In this document: one piece after another, positions 52,691 through 62,127 of the stretch
Layout of the letters: every line of letters starts with the position of its first letter
Position numbering within the stretch: the first letter of the stretch is position 1
From: an uncultured Thermoleophilia bacterium
Lineage (GTDB): Bacteria; Actinomycetota; Thermoleophilia; UBA2241
Direction: 5' to 3'
NCBI GenBank assembly: GCA_963715985.1
Contig: CAVQSP010000010.1
Coordinates: 32,001-96,000, forward strand
DNA length: 64,000 bases
Program-made: the position numbers and the translations under genes
Notes under the pieces: generated by a model
The model's database searches: none
Told to the model about the DNA's origin: nothing
The model's input: only the letters and a program-made list of their open reading frames with translations

Positions 52691-54523
52691 TCATCTCCCC
52701 GCCGGTTTGAAGATGTCCTTGACCTTGGCGAGCGACCCCTTGAGGCGGTCCCAGGCACTGCCGCCGCCGGGCAGGACCTTGCCCTCACTCGCCTCGCCCA
52801 GCGCGTGCTCGCGACGGTTGAGGACGAGGTAGGAGATCAGGGCGCCTATCGGCAGCATCGCGAGCAGGGTACCACCGAGGAAGCCGGCCGCACTACCCGT
52901 GCCTCCGTCCGCGGTACCCGACGCCTCCGCGCTGCCCGACGGCGTCGGCGAGCTGACCGGCGTCCCGCTGATCGGGTACCCGCTCTCGTAGGGTGACGGC
53001 GTGGTCGTCGTCTCCGGCGAGGGCTCCGGCGTCAGCGTGGGGTAGGGATAGGGCGTCGTTGGATACGGCTCGGGCGTGGACGTGGTGGGCGCAGGCGTCG
53101 GAGTGGGGTAGATGGTCGGGGCCGGGATGTAGGTCGGCAGTACGGTCGGGACGGGGATGGGCGTGGGCACCGCGACCACGAAGCTGCGCTCGACTCTCTT
53201 GATGTTGCCCGCGTAGTCCACGATCTCCAGGCGGTAGGTGTGCGCGCCGTTGGGCACGTTCTTGAGCTGCAGGTGCAGCGCGTGCGCACCGATGTCAGCC
53301 GGCTTGGTCCGGTCCGTGCTGTCCACGAAGACGCGGCACTTCTTGGGGTTCACGCCGGTGCCCTTGGTCCCGTCAGTGTAGGTGGCTCGTATGAGCACTG
53401 TGTTAGAGGCGTATTTGACGCCGTTGCGCGGCGATGTGGTGAGCACTCTGGGCTTGAACACGAACGCCTTGAGCGCAGGGGGCCTCGTGGCGGGGTACGT
53501 CGTGAACGGCTTGTCGCGCAGCGCGGTGATGGCCCAGGCCGTGGTGGGCAGCGGGGAGCTGGAGTCGCCCTTCCTCTTGAGATACGCCCCCGTCTTCTGC
53601 TGGAGGGCGGCGAGGGCGGTGCGCGGCGTGCCGGAGCCCATCGCCCAGAGGGCATCGTCGGGCGTCTCGCCGAGGGCGAGGATGGCCTGGATGGCGGCCG
53701 CCGTGGCCTCTGCGTCCGTGCCCTTGTCGGCTACGAGGGGGAAGCCGCCGTCCGCGCTCTGGCTGGTCTTGAGGAACTGGCGCGCCGCGGGCAGGACGGC
53801 CGCGTCCACCGTGCCCTCCGCAGTCAGCGTGAGGGCCTGGATGGCGAGCGCCGTGTCCAGGCAGTCCGACGAGAGGCTCGCCTGCGCCGGGAAACCGCCG
53901 TCCTCCTTCTGCTGGGTCGCAAGCCACCTCCCGGCAGCCCTGAAGCGGTCGTTGTCGGTCACGCCCATGGCCTGCATGGCGAGGAGCGCCCAGTTGGTGG
54001 TGTGGACGGCCTTGAACTGGCGGTCGGAGGAGGCCGGCGAGAAGCTGCCGAACGTCTCCGAGCCCTCGACCATGTCCTGGTAGCTGTAGAGCTCGGCGAG
54101 GAGGTCCACGTGCGGCGTGCCGGCGACGAAGACCCGGTCCGCCTGGTCCGCCGCCACGTATGAGAGGATCGCCTGCGCGTAGTAGACCGGCGCGTTGTCG
54201 GAGTCCGTGCCCGTCGCAGCTTTGGCGTGGTCGTTGGCCTGGAGATAGGAGAAGGGGTTCTTGCCGCCGACGGTCCACATGGATGAACCGATGCGCTCGC
54301 CGCTGGCCACGGCGCCGATGATGACCCATTCGGTGGCGGCCATGGAGCCGAAGCCGCCGTCGGCCTTCTGCTGCGCGTGGAAGTAGTCGAGACCTCTGGT
54401 GACGGTCCTGGGACGGGGGTCTGTCTGTGTGTCGCGCCTGACGGCCGCGGCTGTGGCGACGAGGCACGCCGCCAGTGCGGCGGCAAGCGCGAGCGCCAGC
54501 CAGATCTTCCTGCCCATGCGCAT
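52691..54523 (-). CDS. Exported, C-terminally membrane-anchored protein with prenyltransferase/squalene-cyclase-like repeats, an Ig-like domain and a Pro/Thr linker
   Basis: Signal peptide; repeats QQKADGGFG, QQKEDGGF..DTALAIQAL, SQSADGGF..TAAAIQAI, LQQKTGAY..TAWAITAL; NGAHTY..VDYAGN; PT-rich linker; TM helix. Confidence 0.85.
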   Translation of the reverse strand: MRMGRKIWLALALAAALAACLVATAAAVRRDTQTDPRPRTVTRGLDYFHAQQKADGGFGSMAATEWVIIGAVASGERIGSSMWTVGGKNPFSYLQANDHAKAATGTDSDNAPVYYAQAILSYVAADQADRVFVAGTPHVDLLAELYSYQDMVEGSETFGSFSPASSDRQFKAVHTTNWALLAMQAMGVTDNDRFRAAGRWLATQQKEDGGFPAQASLSSDCLDTALAIQALTLTAEGTVDAAVLPAARQFLKTSQSADGGFPLVADKGTDAEATAAAIQAILALGETPDDALWAMGSGTPRTALAALQQKTGAYLKRKGDSSSPLPTTAWAITALRDKPFTTYPATRPPALKAFVFKPRVLTTSPRNGVKYASNTVLIRATYTDGTKGTGVNPKKCRVFVDSTDRTKPADIGAHALHLQLKNVPNGAHTYRLEIVDYAGNIKRVERSFVVAVPTPIPVPTVLPTYIPAPTIYPTPTPAPTTSTPEPYPTTPYPYPTLTPEPSPETTTTPSPYESGYPISGTPVSSPTPSGSAEASGTADGGTGSAAGFLGGTLLAMLPIGALISYLVLNRREHALGEASEGKVLPGGGSAWDRLKGSLAKVKDIFKPAGR

Positions 54524-54736
54524 CCTTTTTGCGTGGCCCGGGCGAGTGCGCGAGCTGAGCGCCATCGTACCAAGGCCCTTGGGCCGCGGCCACCGCTCGC
54601 GGCAGGCTCGCGGGCTTGTCCCGGGGACGCGCGCCCGCCCGCCGCGGTTCGCCGCGGCCCCTGCGCGCGCCGCCGGCCCCCGGAATATCCGTCTAGGGGG
54701 GTTCACTTTCGGGTGCCTGCGACCGACACGCACCGT

Positions 54737-55006
54737 ATGAGGACCAGTGCCGACAGAGGACGGCTGGACGAACCGGAGGGCGAGGTCGAGTTCTTCGGCT
54801 TCAAGCTCACCGTTCGGAACCCGCGTCTCGCGGAGCTGTTGAACAGCAGCGAAGACGAGGACGTCCGGGTGGTCGACAAGGGCGGCGCGGAGGCGGTCGC
54901 GCCCGAGGCGGCGGAGCCGGCCGTCCCGCGAGCGCCGGTGTGCCGCGGCGAGGAAGTCGGCGACGTATCGGTAGTGCGCCTCAGGCCGGCCCGCGACGAC
55001 GTCTGA
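54737..55006 (+). CDS. Small hypothetical protein
   Basis: ATG 54737; acidic, protein-like sequence (EGEVEFFGFKLTVRNPRLAELLN). Confidence 0.5.
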   Translation: MRTSADRGRLDEPEGEVEFFGFKLTVRNPRLAELLNSSEDEDVRVVDKGGAEAVAPEAAEPAVPRAPVCRGEEVGDVSVVRLRPARDDV

Positions 55007-55048
55007 GTCTGAGTCCTCGCCTGCGAGGATGTATCCTTGGGAGCCGAC

Positions 55049-56101
55049 ATGGCTTCCCTTCTCTCACTGGTCATCCCCGTCTACAACGAGGCGGAGAGCC
55101 TCGAACCGCTCGTCGCCGAGATCGACGAGGCGCTCACGGCTGCCGGCCTGGCCTTCGAGATCGTCTTCGTGGACGACGGCTCCAGCGACGGGTCGTTCGC
55201 CGTCATGCAGCGGCTGGCGACGGCGCGCCGCGACGTACGCGTGGTCAAGCTGCGTCGCAACTTCGGCAAGGCGGCGGCCCTCTCCCACGGCTTCGAGGTG
55301 TGCCGTGGTGACGTGGTCGTGACGCTCGACGGCGATCGCCAGGACGACCCCGCCGAGATCCCGCGCCTGGTGGCGCGCCTGGACGAAGGGTACGACCTCG
55401 TCTCGGGCTGGAAGCAGAGCCGCCAGGACCCCATCAACAAGACGCTGCCGTCGAGGTTCTTCAACTGGACGGTGCGGCGTACCACGGGCCTGCCGCTGCA
55501 CGACTTCAACTGCGGCCTCAAGGCGTACCGCCGCGACGTGGTGGACACCATCCACATCTACGGCGAGCAGCACCGCTACATCCCGGTGGTGGCGTCGCAA
55601 GCCGGGTTCACGGTCGCGGAAGAGCGCGTCAACCACCGCCGCCGCACGGCCGGGGTCTCCAAGTACGGGTGGCAGCGCTACCTGCGCGGCTATCTTGACC
55701 TGACCACGGTGTTGTTCCTCGGGCGCTACCAGCACCGTCCCCAGCACCTGTTCGGCGGCATCGGCACGCTGCTCATCCTCATCGGGCTTCTCGTGGAGCT
55801 CTACCTCACCGTCGACAAGATCGTGTTCGGCAACCCCATCGGGCAGCGCCCGCTCCTTCTCCTGGGGGCGCTGCTCATCATCGTCGGCGTGCAGCTGCTC
55901 TCGCTCGGCCTCATCGGGGAGCTCATCGCCAACTCGAGGGCACGTGAGGGCCCGGACACGCTGCAGGTGGCATGCATCGTAGAGGCGGCCGCCCCTGCCG
56001 CGATCCCCGCCGCGGGTCGGCCCGTCGCGATGGACGCGATGGGGGACGCTCATGCGGGGGTCGCCACGCCGGCCGCACCGGGCGCCGCCGACACGCCGTG
56101 A
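55049..56101 (+). CDS. GT2 polyprenyl-phosphate glycosyltransferase (ArnC/GtrB/Ppm1-like)
   Basis: VIPVYNE, VDDGSSDGS, RNFGKAAAL, LDGDRQDDP, DFNCGLKAY; 2 C-terminal TM helices. Confidence 0.93.
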   Translation: MASLLSLVIPVYNEAESLEPLVAEIDEALTAAGLAFEIVFVDDGSSDGSFAVMQRLATARRDVRVVKLRRNFGKAAALSHGFEVCRGDVVVTLDGDRQDDPAEIPRLVARLDEGYDLVSGWKQSRQDPINKTLPSRFFNWTVRRTTGLPLHDFNCGLKAYRRDVVDTIHIYGEQHRYIPVVASQAGFTVAEERVNHRRRTAGVSKYGWQRYLRGYLDLTTVLFLGRYQHRPQHLFGGIGTLLILIGLLVELYLTVDKIVFGNPIGQRPLLLLGALLIIVGVQLLSLGLIGELIANSRAREGPDTLQVACIVEAAAPAAIPAAGRPVAMDAMGDAHAGVATPAAPGAADTP

Positions 56102-57216
56102 CCCGCGCCGTCGCCTACTTCGGCACGTACGACCCCGACTACCCGCGCAACGCCGTCATCATCACCGGCCTGCGTGAGCGCGGGGTGGCCGTGTACGAGT
56201 TCCGGGCGCCGCTGCCGCCGCTGAGCGCAGCGGAGATGGCCACGCCGGCGGGCGCTGCCCGCCTGGCCGCCGCCGTCGCGGCCGCGCACGTGCGGCTCAT
56301 GGCCCAGCACCGTCGTGGGCTGGACGTGGACGCGGTGGTCGTCGGGTACCCCGGCCACTTCCTGGTGCCGTTCGGGCGCGCCCTGTCGGCGTACAGGCGC
56401 GCCCCGCTCGTCTTCGATCCGCTGGTGTCGCTCTGGGACACCTTCGCAGGTGACCGCGGCCTCGTGCAGGGCGGTGGCTGGAGGGCCTCAGCAGTGCACG
56501 CGGTCGACGAGGTCGCCTTCGCCCTTCCGCGGCTGGTGCTCGCGGACACCTGGGCGCACGCCGCGTACTACCAGGAGGCTCTCGGGGTCAGTCGCGACCG
56601 TCTGGCCGTGGTCCCTGTCGGCGCGCAGCCGGAACCCAAGGCCACGGGTGCGGCGCGGGAGCTCACCGCCGGCGAGGCGCTCATCGTGTTCCAGTACGGC
56701 AAGTGGAGCCCCCTGCACGGCGCCGAGACCGTGCTGGAGGCGGCCGAGCTGCTCCGCGACGAGCCGATCCGCTTCGTGCTGGCGGGTGAGGGGCAGTCCT
56801 CGGAGACGCTGCGCGCTCGCATCGCTCAGCGGCGTTTGGCCAATGTGGAGTGGACCGGCGCGCAGGCACCTGCGGCGCTGCGCGCGCGAACGCTGGCGGC
56901 AGACGTCTGCCTGGGCGTGTTCGGCGGGTCCGCCAAGGCTGCCCGCGTCGTCCCCAACAAGGCGTACGACGCGCTGGCCTGCGGGCGGCCGTTGGTGACG
57001 GGCGACACGCCCGGCGCCCGCGAGCTGCTGCACGACGGCGAGGACGCGCTGCTCGTGCCGACCGGCGACGGTGAGGCGCTGGCAGGGGGTCTGCGCCGGC
57101 TCGCCGACCGCGGGCTGCGTGAGCGGCTGGCGGCGGCCGGCCTGACCCTGTATCGCCGCCGCCTGACTCCCGCCGCCGTGGCCGGCACGCTGCTCGCGGA
57201 GCTGGAGCGCGTGTGA
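56098..57216 (+). CDS. GT4 family glycosyltransferase
   Basis: YGKWSPLHG, ADVCLGVFG..KA.RVVPNK.Y.ALACG.P..TGD. Confidence 0.88.
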   Translation: MTRAVAYFGTYDPDYPRNAVIITGLRERGVAVYEFRAPLPPLSAAEMATPAGAARLAAAVAAAHVRLMAQHRRGLDVDAVVVGYPGHFLVPFGRALSAYRRAPLVFDPLVSLWDTFAGDRGLVQGGGWRASAVHAVDEVAFALPRLVLADTWAHAAYYQEALGVSRDRLAVVPVGAQPEPKATGAARELTAGEALIVFQYGKWSPLHGAETVLEAAELLRDEPIRFVLAGEGQSSETLRARIAQRRLANVEWTGAQAPAALRARTLAADVCLGVFGGSAKAARVVPNKAYDALACGRPLVTGDTPGARELLHDGEDALLVPTGDGEALAGGLRRLADRGLRERLAAAGLTLYRRRLTPAAVAGTLLAELERV

Positions 57217-58214
57217 GCCGCGAGCCTGCGGAACGCGGCTCCTTGGCGGGCCTGCGGCGGCAATCGAGCGACGACGCCCACGCGGTCGGGACGCGGCGCC
57301 GACCGCTGTGGCTGCGCGTCGCCCAGGTCGTTCTCGTGGCGGCGGCCGTGTTCTTCGTCGCCGTCTACCTCGTCCGCTCCTGGTCGAGCATCAAGGACTA
57401 CGACTGGACGCTGCGGCCGGGCTGGCTGGTGCTCTCCGCGGCCGCCTTCCTCCTCTTCTACTTCATGCAGGCCGTGGTGTGGTGGCTGGTGCTGCGTGGG
57501 GTGGCGGTGCGCTGTGACTTCCTCACCGCCGCCGCAACGTGGGCGAAGTCGATCCCTGCCCGGTACATCCCCGGCACGGTGTTCATGTTCGTGGGCCGCG
57601 CCTGGCTCAGCCATGCGCAGGGCATGCCGGTCGACCGCGTGAGCGCGGCGATGGTGTACGAGCAGGCCCTGGGGGTCTGCTCGGCGCTGGTCACGGTCGG
57701 GCTCCTCTTCCCGTTCTGGGAGTATCACCCCGGAGCCACCGCGCTGAGCCTCATCGCCATCCCGGTGATCGTCGTGCTGCTGCACCCCCGGGTGTTCCGC
57801 CCTCTGGCGGGGCGGGCGCTGGGCGTGCTGCACCGCCCGCCGCTCGAGGTGACGCTGGGGTTCGGCACCGTCGTCGCCCTGCTCGCGTACTTCGTCGTGA
57901 GCTGGTTCGTGGCCGGCCTGGGCGCCTGGCTTCTGGGGCGGGCCGTCACGGGGCTCGAGGTCGACGCCCTGCCGCTGGTCATCGCCGCCTACGCTCTCGC
58001 CTACGTGGTGGGCATGGTGGCGTTCTTCATCCCCAGCGGCATCGGCGTGCGCGAGGCGGTGCTCACGGCATCGCTGGCCAAACAGCTGCCGGCCGGGGTG
58101 GCCCTGGCTTGGGCGCTGCTGCTGCGCGTGTGGGTGACGGTGGTGGAGCTCGCTTTCGTGGCCATCGTCGCCGGCGTGGAGGCGCTGGTGCGGCGCCGCC
58201 GAGGTGCGGGATGA
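57213..58214 (+). CDS. Flippase-like membrane protein (LPG-synthase TM / YbhN family)
   Basis: ARYIPG, PSGIGVREA, LLLRVW; multiple TM helices. Confidence 0.85.
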   Translation: MSREPAERGSLAGLRRQSSDDAHAVGTRRRPLWLRVAQVVLVAAAVFFVAVYLVRSWSSIKDYDWTLRPGWLVLSAAAFLLFYFMQAVVWWLVLRGVAVRCDFLTAAATWAKSIPARYIPGTVFMFVGRAWLSHAQGMPVDRVSAAMVYEQALGVCSALVTVGLLFPFWEYHPGATALSLIAIPVIVVLLHPRVFRPLAGRALGVLHRPPLEVTLGFGTVVALLAYFVVSWFVAGLGAWLLGRAVTGLEVDALPLVIAAYALAYVVGMVAFFIPSGIGVREAVLTASLAKQLPAGVALAWALLLRVWVTVVELAFVAIVAGVEALVRRRRGAG

Positions 58215-59893
58215 GCAGCGCCTCCAAGGCCAAACGGGCGCGACGGGAGGCTGCGGCCGTCCAGGGCCGTCAGGCGCGCCTGGGCCCGCTGCGCCTTGCG
58301 CCGATCGCGGAGCTGGAGGCGGAGGACTGCGCCCGCTTGGCGCGCCGCGCCGCCGTGGCCGTCATCGTGGGCGCGGTGCTGTTCGCGGCCGTCTACGGAC
58401 TGCTGTCGTGGCTCAAGTACCGCGCCTACATGGACGCCAGGTTCGACCTCGGCAACATGGTGCAGGCCGTGTACAACACCGCGCACGGTCACTTCCTGGA
58501 GATCACCACCGGCGAGCTGAACGCGCGCCAGATGTCGCGGCTGGGCTCGCACGTCGACCCCATCCTGGCGCTGTTCGCGCTGCCCTGGCTGGTTTGGCCG
58601 AGCCCCGTGATGCTGCTCGTGCTGCAGGCGGTCATCGTCGCCACGGGAGCCTGGCCGGCGTATCGCCTGGGCACGCTGGTCACGCGCGACCCCCGTGCGG
58701 GAGCGTTCCTGGCCGGCGCCTACCTGCTCTACCCTGCTCTGGGCTTCCTCGTGCTCAACGAGTTCCATCCGGTCGCACTGGCGACGCCCCTCCTGCTGTG
58801 GGCGTTCCTGTACGTCGAGGAGGGGCGCTGGTGGTGGGCGGCGCCGTTCCTCGTCCTGGCCGCCGCCTGCAAGGAGACGGTGCCGCTCGTGCTCGCCCTC
58901 ATGGGCGTGTACTTCGCGATCCGCAAGCGCTCGTGGCGGCCGCTGATCCTCACGGTCGCGGCCACCGCCTACTTCGCCGTCGCCGTGTGGGCCGTCATCC
59001 CGCACTTCAACGGCGACCAGAGCGCCTTCATCGCTCGCTACGGCGACTACGGCGAGGGCGCCGGCCAGGTGGTCAAGACTGCGCTCACGCATCCCGTGCG
59101 GACCGCTGCGGACGTGGCATCGGAGTCCAACCTCACGTACTGGGTCCACCTGCTCTGGCCGTTCGGCTTCGTCTCGCTGCTCAGCCCGCTCACGCTGCTG
59201 ATCGCGGCCCCGGAGCTGCTGCTCAACGCGCTCTCCTCTATCGGCTTCCAGCGGCGCATCGAGTTCCACTACACCGCCCTGGAGATCCCGTTCCTGTACG
59301 CGGCTGCCGTGCTCGGCCTGATGAGGTTGTGGCGCTGGCTCGGGGGCGGGTTCCGCCGCGCGGAGGCGGCGATGCGGGGCCAGCTGCTGAGCCGTGAGAC
59401 CTTGGCCTTGCTGGTGCTGGCGGCGGCCCTGGCCGGCAACTACTTCCTCGGGCCGCTGCCCTTCTCGCTGCCCGGCGCCGCCTACGACGGCCGGGACTAC
59501 GCGCGCTCCTCCCACGATGCGACCCTGGACGAGGCGGTGGCGATGATCCCGGAGGGCGCCAGGGTTTCGGTGAACAACAACGCCGGCGCCCAGCTGGCGG
59601 CGCGCCGGATCTCGTATGTCTTCCCCTCCTTCACCGGTGCCGACTGGGTGCTGGTGGACACCCGGCACCCCTTCGTCTACGACAAGGAGGACACGGTCCA
59701 GCACCAGATCGCACTCGGCAAGCTGGTGCTGGACCCGAGCTTCCAGAACGTCTTCGCCCAGGACGGCGTGTACGTCTTCAAGCGCGTCGCGCCGGCAGGC
59801 ACAGGCCCGGGGGGGTCGTCGACGGACGGAGCGTCCACCCCGGCGCCCTCAGTCTCTCCCTCGCCGTTCGCCTCCGCGCCCGCGGGCGGCTGA
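58211..59893 (+). CDS. DUF2079 family GT-C-type membrane protein
   Basis: FDLGNMVQ, LGSHVDPIL, EFHPV, CKE, FHY; many TM helices. Confidence 0.85.
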   Translation: MSSASKAKRARREAAAVQGRQARLGPLRLAPIAELEAEDCARLARRAAVAVIVGAVLFAAVYGLLSWLKYRAYMDARFDLGNMVQAVYNTAHGHFLEITTGELNARQMSRLGSHVDPILALFALPWLVWPSPVMLLVLQAVIVATGAWPAYRLGTLVTRDPRAGAFLAGAYLLYPALGFLVLNEFHPVALATPLLLWAFLYVEEGRWWWAAPFLVLAAACKETVPLVLALMGVYFAIRKRSWRPLILTVAATAYFAVAVWAVIPHFNGDQSAFIARYGDYGEGAGQVVKTALTHPVRTAADVASESNLTYWVHLLWPFGFVSLLSPLTLLIAAPELLLNALSSIGFQRRIEFHYTALEIPFLYAAAVLGLMRLWRWLGGGFRRAEAAMRGQLLSRETLALLVLAAALAGNYFLGPLPFSLPGAAYDGRDYARSSHDATLDEAVAMIPEGARVSVNNNAGAQLAARRISYVFPSFTGADWVLVDTRHPFVYDKEDTVQHQIALGKLVLDPSFQNVFAQDGVYVFKRVAPAGTGPGGSSTDGASTPAPSVSPSPFASAPAGG

Positions 59894-59978
59894 ACCGCCG
59901 GTAGTGCCCGTCGCGGCAAGGCCCGTGTGCGCCCGGCCGGCCGTGCATCGTCGCACCCCGGGCCCCTCGTCCGCCGGC

Positions 59979-61301
59979 CTACGCCACCCAGCTGAACACC
60001 GCGAACTTCGCCGTGAGCAGGACGAGCACCACCACCCCGCCCACCATCGCCACCTTGTGCAACCGCGGTCTGTCCTGCGTGTAGAGAGCCAGAGCGACGT
60101 ACAGGGGGAACACGGTGAGCGTGAAGCGCGGGTAGGACATCAGCGGGACGTACTTGGAGGGGAAGAACAGCGGGTACGAGAGCAGCGCCAGCGCGTACAG
60201 CGAGTACGCGCCCGGCAGGCGCCGGGCCCCGTACCACAGGAGGAGCGCGGCGCCCAGGAAGAACAACAGGTTGATGGTGTTGGTGAAAGCGGTGCCGTAC
60301 GCGGCCCCCGGCCGTGGCACCGCCCAGAGGACGTTGGAGAACTCCGCCGCCACCATCCTGCGGAAGCCCCAGAACAGCGTGACGAACGCGCGCGTCACGG
60401 TGTAGTTGGGGAAGGCGAAGCCGCGCTCCCACTGTGCCTGCGCCGTCGAGAAGATCATCGGCTTGCCGAAGGCGAGCGCCAGGTACGCCATCCAGACGAG
60501 GATGCCCTCCACCACCATGAGCAGGTTGGCGATGTGGGAGTCGGTGCGCTTGATGCTCCAGCCCCGGCGCTGGTAGTAGTAGTAGGCCATGGGCACGAGC
60601 AGGATGACGCCGGTGCTTCGCGTGAGTGTGGCCAGCAGACCCATCACGCCCGCGAGCCGCCAGCGGCCTTCGCGGGCGAACACGAAGCAGGCCAGAGAGA
60701 GCACGAGGAACAGGGACTCCGTGTAGACGGCCTGGAAGAAGAAGGACAGCGGGCCGATGGAGAGGTAGATCACGGCCCGCCCGGCCGTCTTCTCGCCGAA
60801 GTCGCTGTGCACCAGCCGGTACAGGAGCCATACGCAGCCCGCGAAGCAGGCCAGCGAGATGACGATGCCTGTGATGACGAGGTTGCCGCGGAAGGCCAGG
60901 CCGATGTAGCGCAGGAGCAGCGGGAACAGGGGGAAGAACGCCGTGCTGCCGTCACCGTCGGCGTACCCTCCGGTGGCGATCTTGATGAACCACACGGCGT
61001 CCCAGTGGGCCCACGGGTTGAAGAGGTGGCCCAGGGCGCCGCGGAAGACCTCGGCACGGGCGGGGAAGCGCCAGCCGATGGGCAGGTCCTGGACGCCGAT
61101 ATACGTCGCGGCCAGGAAGCCGACGGCGAAGATGAGGACGCGGCTGCCGGCGGCCCAGGCCACGGCGCGCGTGAAGGGACGGCCCGGGGCACGGACGCCC
61201 GCCGCCGGCTCGTGCGTCGGTGCCGCCTCCGGGACCGCCGCCGCCCCCTCCTGCGTCAGGGCGGCCTCGGGGGGCGTGGCCCCCCGTGCGCTCTCATCCA
61301 G
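59979..61301 (-). CDS. GT-C mannosyltransferase, PIG-V/GPI18-like
   Basis: WDAVWF..IA..GY, AFFPLFP, YTESLF, TRSTG; probable CTG start at 61301 after GGGGAGG. Confidence 0.88.
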   Translation of the reverse strand: MDESARGATPPEAALTQEGAAAVPEAAPTHEPAAGVRAPGRPFTRAVAWAAGSRVLIFAVGFLAATYIGVQDLPIGWRFPARAEVFRGALGHLFNPWAHWDAVWFIKIATGGYADGDGSTAFFPLFPLLLRYIGLAFRGNLVITGIVISLACFAGCVWLLYRLVHSDFGEKTAGRAVIYLSIGPLSFFFQAVYTESLFLVLSLACFVFAREGRWRLAGVMGLLATLTRSTGVILLVPMAYYYYQRRGWSIKRTDSHIANLLMVVEGILVWMAYLALAFGKPMIFSTAQAQWERGFAFPNYTVTRAFVTLFWGFRRMVAAEFSNVLWAVPRPGAAYGTAFTNTINLLFFLGAALLLWYGARRLPGAYSLYALALLSYPLFFPSKYVPLMSYPRFTLTVFPLYVALALYTQDRPRLHKVAMVGGVVVLVLLTAKFAVFSWVA

Positions 61302-62115
61302 CGCCGCTCGCCTCCCCGGCGCCGCCGAGGACGCCGTCGGCGCGCAGCCTCACGAGGACGGCGGCGCGCAGATCGCTGGCGAGGGTGCGGCGGGCGAGCG
61401 GGTCCGCTACCCAGGCGTGAAGCCTCAGGCCGACGTCGCCGGCCCCCAGCAGCTCGACGGTGACGAGGTTCGCCTTGCCCTCCGGGGGCTCGGTGAGCTC
61501 ATCGGCCACAGCCAGGGCGGAGGCGCGCACCACGTCCAGATCGCTGTCGAGCGGCACCGAGAAGTCGACGGTCACCATGCTCCCGTGCGACCCCAAGGAG
61601 TAGTTGTTGACCATCTGGCTGGCGAACGCCTCGTTGGGGATCACCACGCGGCGCCCGTCGCCGGTGCGGATGAAGGTGTACGTGAACGTGATCTCCTCCA
61701 CGGTGCCGAACACGTCGCCCACGCTGATGTAGTCGCCAAGACGTACGGGTTGGGAGAACGCGAGCATCACGCCGCTCACGAGGTTGGCCAGCGGCGCTCG
61801 GGCGGCGATGCCGATGACGCCTGAGATGATGGCCGCCGAGGCCAGGATGGCGCCGGCCAGCGTCTGGAAGAACGCGAACTGGAAGAGCGCGATGGTGACG
61901 CCGGCGCCGATGATCAGCACGAAGACCAAGCGCCGGATCATGGTGTAACGCGTTTGGTCGGCGCGACTGGGGGCCTTGCCCAGCAGTCGGGCCATGGCGG
62001 CGTCGCGGCGCGCGAGGAAGAAGTCGACCAGGCGCGCCGCCACGAGCGCGATGATCACGTAGACCGCGGCCTTGAACCACGAGGTCTCGTAGAACGCCAC
62101 GGCGACGATGCTCAC
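61294..62115 (-). CDS. Small-conductance mechanosensitive channel (MscS) family protein
   Basis: IGIAA...LANLVSG, PVRLGDYI, GTVEEI, IPN. Confidence 0.9.
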   Translation of the reverse strand: MSIVAVAFYETSWFKAAVYVIIALVAARLVDFFLARRDAAMARLLGKAPSRADQTRYTMIRRLVFVLIIGAGVTIALFQFAFFQTLAGAILASAAIISGVIGIAARAPLANLVSGVMLAFSQPVRLGDYISVGDVFGTVEEITFTYTFIRTGDGRRVVIPNEAFASQMVNNYSLGSHGSMVTVDFSVPLDSDLDVVRASALAVADELTEPPEGKANLVTVELLGAGDVGLRLHAWVADPLARRTLASDLRAAVLVRLRADGVLGGAGEASGAG

Positions 62116-62127
62116 GGCTGCGTCCGG

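Noticed and set aside
52691-54523. Squalene-hopene cyclase or terpene biosynthesis gene
   Set aside because: No DxDD motif; the signal peptide, stalk and membrane anchor point to a surface protein
54524-54736. Cobalamin riboswitch upstream of the alpha-barrel/MotA-like/DUF2149 operon
   Set aside because: No B12-box or conserved GGGAA..GCCACTG elements were recognisable
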